Assembly (NCBI GenBank): GCA_051747965.1
Contig: JBNJGS010000006.1
Location: 178-64,177 of the forward strand
Reading direction: 5' to 3'
DNA: 64,000 nt
From: Bacteroidota bacterium
Lineage (GTDB): Bacteria > Bacteroidota > Bacteroidia > Bacteroidales > ML635J-15
This document shows, piece by piece, positions 59,184 through 64,000 of the stretch. The position numbers and the translations under genes were made by a program. Under the pieces are notes generated by a model, which was given only the letters and a program-made list of their open reading frames with translations, ran no database searches and was not told the DNA's origin. The number at the start of each line of letters is the position of its first letter. The stretch's first letter is position 1.

Positions 59184-60484
59184 TGATAAATAAACGCATT
59201 GCATATTATGCTCTTGGCTGCAAACTTAATTTTGCTGAAGCTTCTGCCATGGCCGCAGGATTCGAACCATACGGATATCATCTGGTACCTTTCAGGCAGG
59301 AAGCTGACATATACATCATCAACACTTGTTCTGTAACGGAAACTGCCAACAAAAAAAGCAGGAAGGCAATTCAAAAAGCTATGCGCACAAATCCGCATGC
59401 CATTATTGTCGTAACGGGATGCTATGCTCAGCTCAAGCCGGATGAAATTTCTGCCATAGAGGGAGTGGATTACATCATGGGTGCCGGTGAAAAAAACCTT
59501 ATTGCAGAGATGGGCGATAAGCTTGAAAAACAAAGTAAAACAAAAATTCTGCATTCTGATATCCGCAAATCCACCGGCTTCTTATCTGCCTGGTCTGCAG
59601 GAGAACGCACACGCAGTTTTCTTAAAGTTCAGGATGGCTGCGACAATCATTGCAGCTATTGTACAATCCCGCTGGCACGGGGTAAAAGCCGTAACCTGCC
59701 GGTCAATGAACTGGTAGAACAAGCCCGTAGAATTGCTGAACGGGGCTTCCGGGAAATCATACTGACAGGCATCAACATTGCTGATTTTGGAAAGAGTACA
59801 GGAGAAACCTTCCTGCAGCTTCTCAGAGCACTTGGCGGGATTGATGATATAGACAGATACAGACTTTCCAGTACAGAACCGGATTTGCTCGATGATGAAA
59901 TCATTGAATTCGTCCTTTCTCACCCGAAGTTCATGCCTCACTTTCACATTCCCCTGCAAAGCGGATCAGACAGTATGCTCAGGCTCATGCGTCGCAGATA
60001 CGACACCCGCCTTTTTGCCGGCAGAATCAGCAAAATAAAAAAAACAGACCCTGATGCCTTCATAGGTATAGACCTCATTGTCGGGGTTCCCGGAGAAAGC
60101 GAAATCCTGTTTCAGGAATCCCTGGAATTTGTCAGAAGTCTGGATGTTTCCTTTGTTCATGTATTCACTTATTCCGAGCGGGAAAATACTCCTGCCCTAA
60201 AAATTAAACCGGCAGTGCCTCACAGCATCCGCAAAAAACGCAGCCATGCTTTTCATCAGCTTTGCAGGGAAAAAGAAGCCTGTTTTTACAAGTCCCAGCA
60301 AAATCAGACACGGCCGGTGCTTTTCGAATCATCCGTCCAAAACGGATACATCCACGGATTTACTGATAACTACCTGCGCGTAGCCGTTCCCCAAGACAAA
60401 AAGCTGATCAATCGCATAAAGCATGTTTATTTGGAAAGCATCAATGAAAATGGTATTTTTATCTCCAAAGAAGTAAGTCAATGA
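59183..60484 (+). CDS. mtaB: tRNA t6A37 methylthiotransferase MtaB (radical SAM MTTase)
   Basis: The ORF-track start at 59180 is TTG. ATG 59183 gives [19 protein letters not shown] (UPF0004 domain). Radical SAM CDNHCSYCTIP. The size and lack of MiaB-specific features suggest MtaB. Confidence 0.85.
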   Translation: MINKRIAYYALGCKLNFAEASAMAAGFEPYGYHLVPFRQEADIYIINTCSVTETANKKSRKAIQKAMRTNPHAIIVVTGCYAQLKPDEISAIEGVDYIMGAGEKNLIAEMGDKLEKQSKTKILHSDIRKSTGFLSAWSAGERTRSFLKVQDGCDNHCSYCTIPLARGKSRNLPVNELVEQARRIAERGFREIILTGINIADFGKSTGETFLQLLRALGGIDDIDRYRLSSTEPDLLDDEIIEFVLSHPKFMPHFHIPLQSGSDSMLRLMRRRYDTRLFAGRISKIKKTDPDAFIGIDLIVGVPGESEILFQESLEFVRSLDVSFVHVFTYSERENTPALKIKPAVPHSIRKKRSHAFHQLCREKEACFYKSQQNQTRPVLFESSVQNGYIHGFTDNYLRVAVPQDKKLINRIKHVYLESINENGIFISKEVSQ

Positions 60485-61275
60485 ATTTAAAATTTTTATG
60501 CACCCAGGTCACCCAAATTGTTGTACAGACCGGGAAATTTATCCAACAACAGCAAAAGAAAATCACCCTTGACAAGATTGAACAAAAAGGCATCAATGAT
60601 TTTGTCACCAGCATTGATAAAGAAGCTGAACAACGGCTGATTGGTTTTTTAACTCCGCTGATTCAGAATGCCGGTTTCATAGCAGAAGAGAACACTGTTT
60701 CTGATTCAAAAGCCGAATACAAATGGATTATTGATCCCATTGACGGCACAACCAACTACATTCACGGAGTATCACCCTTTGCGATATCCATAGCGCTGCA
60801 ACATAAAGGAAAAACAATACTGGGTATCATCTATGAAATCAGCCTCAACGAAGTTTTTTATGCTCATGAAGATGCCAAAGGCGCATACCTCAATGACAGA
60901 CCAATCAAAGTATCAGACCAGTCAGAACACAATCAATCACTGATTGCAACTGGCTTTCCATACAATGATTTCACCCGTTTGGAAAAATACATGGAAAGCC
61001 TGAACTTTTTCATGCATCAATCTCAGGGCCTAAGACGTTTAGGTAGTGCAGCCACAGATTTGGCGTATGTGGCCTGTGGCAGGTTTGAAGCGTTTTACGA
61101 ATACAGCCTCAAACCCTGGGATGTGGCAGCCGGAGCATATTTGGTGCAGAAAGCAGGCGGAAAAACAAGTGATTTTAAAGGTGGAGACGAATTCGTTTTC
61201 GGCGGAGAAATTGTGGCAGCCAACAGCAATTATTTTGACACCTTCCTGAAAGAGGTTCAAAGACATCTGCTGTAA
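60481..61275 (+). CDS. suhB: inositol monophosphatase family protein (SuhB-like)
   Basis: 264 aa. WIIDPIDGTTNY, ATGFP and GSAA.DLAYVA.G motifs. ATGA overlap with the mtaB stop. Confidence 0.88.
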   Translation: MNLKFLCTQVTQIVVQTGKFIQQQQKKITLDKIEQKGINDFVTSIDKEAEQRLIGFLTPLIQNAGFIAEENTVSDSKAEYKWIIDPIDGTTNYIHGVSPFAISIALQHKGKTILGIIYEISLNEVFYAHEDAKGAYLNDRPIKVSDQSEHNQSLIATGFPYNDFTRLEKYMESLNFFMHQSQGLRRLGSAATDLAYVACGRFEAFYEYSLKPWDVAAGAYLVQKAGGKTSDFKGGDEFVFGGEIVAANSNYFDTFLKEVQRHLL

Positions 61276-61318
61276 AACAAAATATCATTATTTTCGTTTA
61301 ACCTTAAAATGATATATT

Positions 61319-62764
61319 ATGAAACCGCTGGTAATCTTTTTCATCGCTGCACTGACAACATTATCTGCCAGTGCCCAAAGCCTGGAGGCATATTTCCATC
61401 ATGCCGAATTCGATTCGCCTGAAGGACCCTATATTGAAACTTATCTCAGTACAATCGGTCGTACAGCTACCTTTGTAAAAACCGACAAAGGCTATCAGGC
61501 CAATATTGAAATAACCATGCTGTTTAAACAAAATGACAGCATTCGATCCTTCAAAAAATACATCATCAACAGTCCGGTGATTGAAGATTCTGTTAAAAAG
61601 CGCCCAAACTTTGTTGATGTACAACGCATACCACTTGAACCAGGCAGGTATGATCTGGAAGTCATCATCAGGGATGCCAATAAAACAACAAGTTCTTACC
61701 TGATAGAAGATGAGTTCAATCTCAACTTTCCTGATGAAAATCTGGCTTTTTCAGGTTTCCAGCCTGTGGAGTCTTTCACAAGCAGTGATGAGGCATCAGT
61801 TCTAACAAAAAGCGGGTTAAAAATGGTGCCTTATGTATCAAATTTCTATCCCGGCAATATTGATAAACTGAATTTTTACCTTGAATTATATAATGCTGAT
61901 AAAGCCATTGGAGAACAATACCTTCTGAAGTATTATATTAGTGAATACGAAAACAAAGAGCCTGTAGAAAGCATTGGACGCCATAAGCGCATGGAAGCCA
62001 CAGCCATTACTCCGGTTACAGGACAACTTGATATCAGTGATCTCAGATCCGGCAATTACGAAGTGATGGTTGAAGCCATCAGTAAAGAAAATAAAATCCT
62101 GGCTCAGACTTCTTACTTTATTCAACGCAGCAAGCCCGTTGATCTGGCAGAACTTGAGGATATGGACGATTTTGAAATGGACAAGATGTTTGCCGGTAAA
62201 ATGGACAACAGAGATTCCCTGATTTATTACATCAAAAGCTTGCGCCCCATCGCCAATGAAAGAGAAAAGCGTTTTATTGACAGGGATATGCATGGCACTG
62301 ATCTAAACTTTATGAAACGATTTTTCTATACCTTCTGGTATGACAAAAACTCTCAGGATCCCGGCGGAGAATGGAAAGTTTACAGAAAACAGGTTGGCAT
62401 CACAGAAAAGCTCTTCGCTACCCGTACCAAGCACGGATTTGAAACCGACAGAGGCAGGGTATATCTGGAGTACGGCCCGCCCAATGATGCCTATGCCAAT
62501 GATCATGAACCCAGTGCATATCCATATGAGATATGGTCGTATTACAGAGCCGGAGATCAGCGCAACAAGAAATTTGTATTTTATAATCCCAATCTTGCCG
62601 GAGATGATTACGAATTATTGCATTCCAATGTACGCGGGGAATTGCAAACCCCAAACTGGGAACGTTTTCTGAGTAAACGAAATAATGACCTCTACAATCA
62701 GGACATCATGCAAAGTGATGATCAGTGGGGCAGCCGCGCCAGGGAATATTATGACAGTCACTGA
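61319..62764 (+). CDS. GWxTD domain-containing protein (secreted, unknown function)
   Basis: 481 aa with a signal peptide. C-terminal HGFETDRGRVYLEYGPPN ... YPYEIWSY ... F.F matches the GWxTD-domain pattern as I recall it. Confidence 0.7.
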   Translation: MKPLVIFFIAALTTLSASAQSLEAYFHHAEFDSPEGPYIETYLSTIGRTATFVKTDKGYQANIEITMLFKQNDSIRSFKKYIINSPVIEDSVKKRPNFVDVQRIPLEPGRYDLEVIIRDANKTTSSYLIEDEFNLNFPDENLAFSGFQPVESFTSSDEASVLTKSGLKMVPYVSNFYPGNIDKLNFYLELYNADKAIGEQYLLKYYISEYENKEPVESIGRHKRMEATAITPVTGQLDISDLRSGNYEVMVEAISKENKILAQTSYFIQRSKPVDLAELEDMDDFEMDKMFAGKMDNRDSLIYYIKSLRPIANEREKRFIDRDMHGTDLNFMKRFFYTFWYDKNSQDPGGEWKVYRKQVGITEKLFATRTKHGFETDRGRVYLEYGPPNDAYANDHEPSAYPYEIWSYYRAGDQRNKKFVFYNPNLAGDDYELLHSNVRGELQTPNWERFLSKRNNDLYNQDIMQSDDQWGSRAREYYDSH

Positions 62765-62769
62765 TTTCT

Positions 62770-63744
62770 ATGAAACCGGAAATACTCAAAGGAATTAACG
62801 GCGAATATCTGTTCTTCCCGGACAAAGAAGAAACCATTCTGTCGGCCGGGAAATTCTCCACCACATATCTGGGTGCAGACAGCAGCGCAAAAAGGGTTAT
62901 TATCAAACAATTGAACCCAAGATTGTCAGGAGATGATCAGGCCCGCTACCGCTTTCTCGTCGAAGCCGGTATCAGGCTCAAGCATCCTGCCATTGTCAGA
63001 GCGATTGATTTGATAAAAACCAGGGATACGTATTTCATTATCCTGGAATACATCCACGGCACAGACCTCAAAACCCTGATAAAGCGGGGTGATTTCAAAC
63101 ACAATTCCCGGCTGGCCTGCCGCCTGATTATTCCACTGTTGGATGCCATTGCTGCCGTTCACCGGGAGAATATCATTCACCGTGATATAAAGCCCTCAAA
63201 TATTCTTGTAGCGTATAAGCCAGGCACCGGGGATATCGACTGGCATAATCCCGATGTTAAGCTGATTGATTTTGGTTTATCAAAAACAAACGACGGCATA
63301 CCACTTTTTCCCGGAAGCAAAAAAAGACACCCCTTCCCCATTCTGTATGCTGCTCCGGAAGTCGTTCTGAACCGGGAAGACCTCACAGATCAACGCTCTG
63401 ATTTATACAGCCTTGCCCTGGTAATGATGGAAATGTTCACCGGCCAGCCGGTTTTTTATGCTGACAACCCGGCAGCCATTATCACAAGACAGATATCAGA
63501 CCAGCCACGACGACCTGTCAAAATGTACCCCAGGTTTTATGAGATTTTCCGGAAGGCAGCAGCAAAACAGAAATTTCACGTCTCCCCTTCCAAATTACCG
63601 CCTGAAAGGATAACTGAGATTCTCAAAGAAGGGTTGAATAAGCGCTACGAGTCTGCCGAAGCAATGCATCAAGACCTGATGCATTTTATGCGCAACCCGG
63701 GCGAAATGCCCAAAGGTTTTTTTCAACGTATTTTTAAGGGATAA
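62770..63744 (+). CDS. eukaryotic-like serine/threonine protein kinase (stand-alone catalytic domain)
   Basis: 324 aa. VIIKQL (VAIK Lys), HRDIKPSNIL, DFGLSK and AAPE motifs. No TM or sensor domain. 5 nt downstream of the GWxTD gene. Confidence 0.85.
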   Translation: MKPEILKGINGEYLFFPDKEETILSAGKFSTTYLGADSSAKRVIIKQLNPRLSGDDQARYRFLVEAGIRLKHPAIVRAIDLIKTRDTYFIILEYIHGTDLKTLIKRGDFKHNSRLACRLIIPLLDAIAAVHRENIIHRDIKPSNILVAYKPGTGDIDWHNPDVKLIDFGLSKTNDGIPLFPGSKKRHPFPILYAAPEVVLNREDLTDQRSDLYSLALVMMEMFTGQPVFYADNPAAIITRQISDQPRRPVKMYPRFYEIFRKAAAKQKFHVSPSKLPPERITEILKEGLNKRYESAEAMHQDLMHFMRNPGEMPKGFFQRIFKG

Positions 63745-63830
63745 GGAATTCGCCATAGCTAAGAGAAAGCTAAATGCAGGATAACAATGGTAGGTGGTAA
63801 GTAGTATATTGCAGATAAGCTGGCTGACCC

Positions 63831-64000
63831 GGGTTGCGGGCCGGCAAGCAACAAATCACACTGACCTGCAGGGTCAGTTTTTAAATTATGATCACATGCT
63901 GAGTGAAATTTGTGCAGCAACCTGATGGGTACGACCCTGCAGGTCGTACCGCAAGCCGCAACGCGGCGTAAGCCCGCAACAATGGGCCTAGCCCATTGTT
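63831..64000. other. GC-rich non-coding block of nested inverted repeats / multiple perfect hairpins (candidate structured ncRNA or mobile-element end), truncated by the window edge
   Basis: Outer inverted repeat GTTGCGGGC (63833-41) with GCCCGCAAC (63972-80). Hairpins at 63861-77 (followed by TTTTT), 63928-50 (9-bp stem), 63955-67 and 63978-64000 (10-bp stem). No ORF. Hand-counted GC is about 55% for 63821-64000 and about 62% for the last 80 nt. Confidence 0.35.

Noticed and set aside
59258-59268. tRNA T-arm-like strings (GGATTCGAACC here, GGTTCGA at 45552-45558)
   Set aside because: Both lie inside well-supported CDSs. Neither has the flanking acceptor or anticodon stems needed for a cloverleaf.
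58904-59554. 216-aa minus-strand ORF spanning the uvrA/mtaB junction
   Set aside because: It overlaps two strongly motif-supported plus-strand genes. Its translation shows no recognisable features.
63831-63980. Reading the terminal inverted repeats as an integron attC site
   Set aside because: In attC the order is RYYYAAC ... GTTRRRY. Here the order is GTT... then ...AAC on either strand. The cores (GTTGCGG / CCGCAAC) also break the purine/pyrimidine consensus.
1-64000. Search for CRISPR arrays, rRNA/tRNA genes, transposases and long DNA tandem repeats
   Set aside because: By eye I saw no regularly spaced direct repeats, no conserved rRNA/tRNA segments and no transposase-like ORFs. The repeat periodicity in the adhesin genes and the Wzc tail is at the protein level within coding sequence.

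Overview
This window looks like a chromosomal core region of a Bacteroidota genome. The signs are type-B T9SS C-terminal sorting domains, SprB repeats, a 288-aa primary sigma factor, a Rho with a long disordered insertion, TAnnTTTG-type promoter boxes, and many 1-4 nt gene overlaps. Coding density is high and most genes are housekeeping.

Recognisable genes:
- Central metabolism and cofactors: aroQ, ppdK, pepD, pncB, pncA, blc, rpe, asnB.
- DNA, transcription and tRNA functions: xerD, rpoD, rho, uvrA, mtaB, suhB-like.
- Envelope genes: an LptD-like protein, an amidase, MlaD, MltF, OmpA and a DUF368 protein.
- A Wza/Wzc/WecA-type exopolysaccharide locus.

Accessory-looking content:
- Two tandem giant T9SS adhesins.
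- Tandem thioredoxin-fold paralogs.
- A four-gene overlapping operon (small Cys membrane protein, exported thioredoxin, CDF transporter, unknown 585-aa secreted protein).
- A Zn-ribbon membrane protein coupled to a DnaQ/GIY-YIG fusion nuclease.
- A GWxTD protein paired with a eukaryotic-like Ser/Thr kinase.

I found no clear known defence system, CRISPR array, tRNA/rRNA gene or transposase. The least explained signal is a GC-rich, non-coding block of nested inverted repeats and perfect hairpins at 63831-64000, which is cut off by the window end. All protein calls rest on motif recognition by eye from the supplied translations. No database search was possible.
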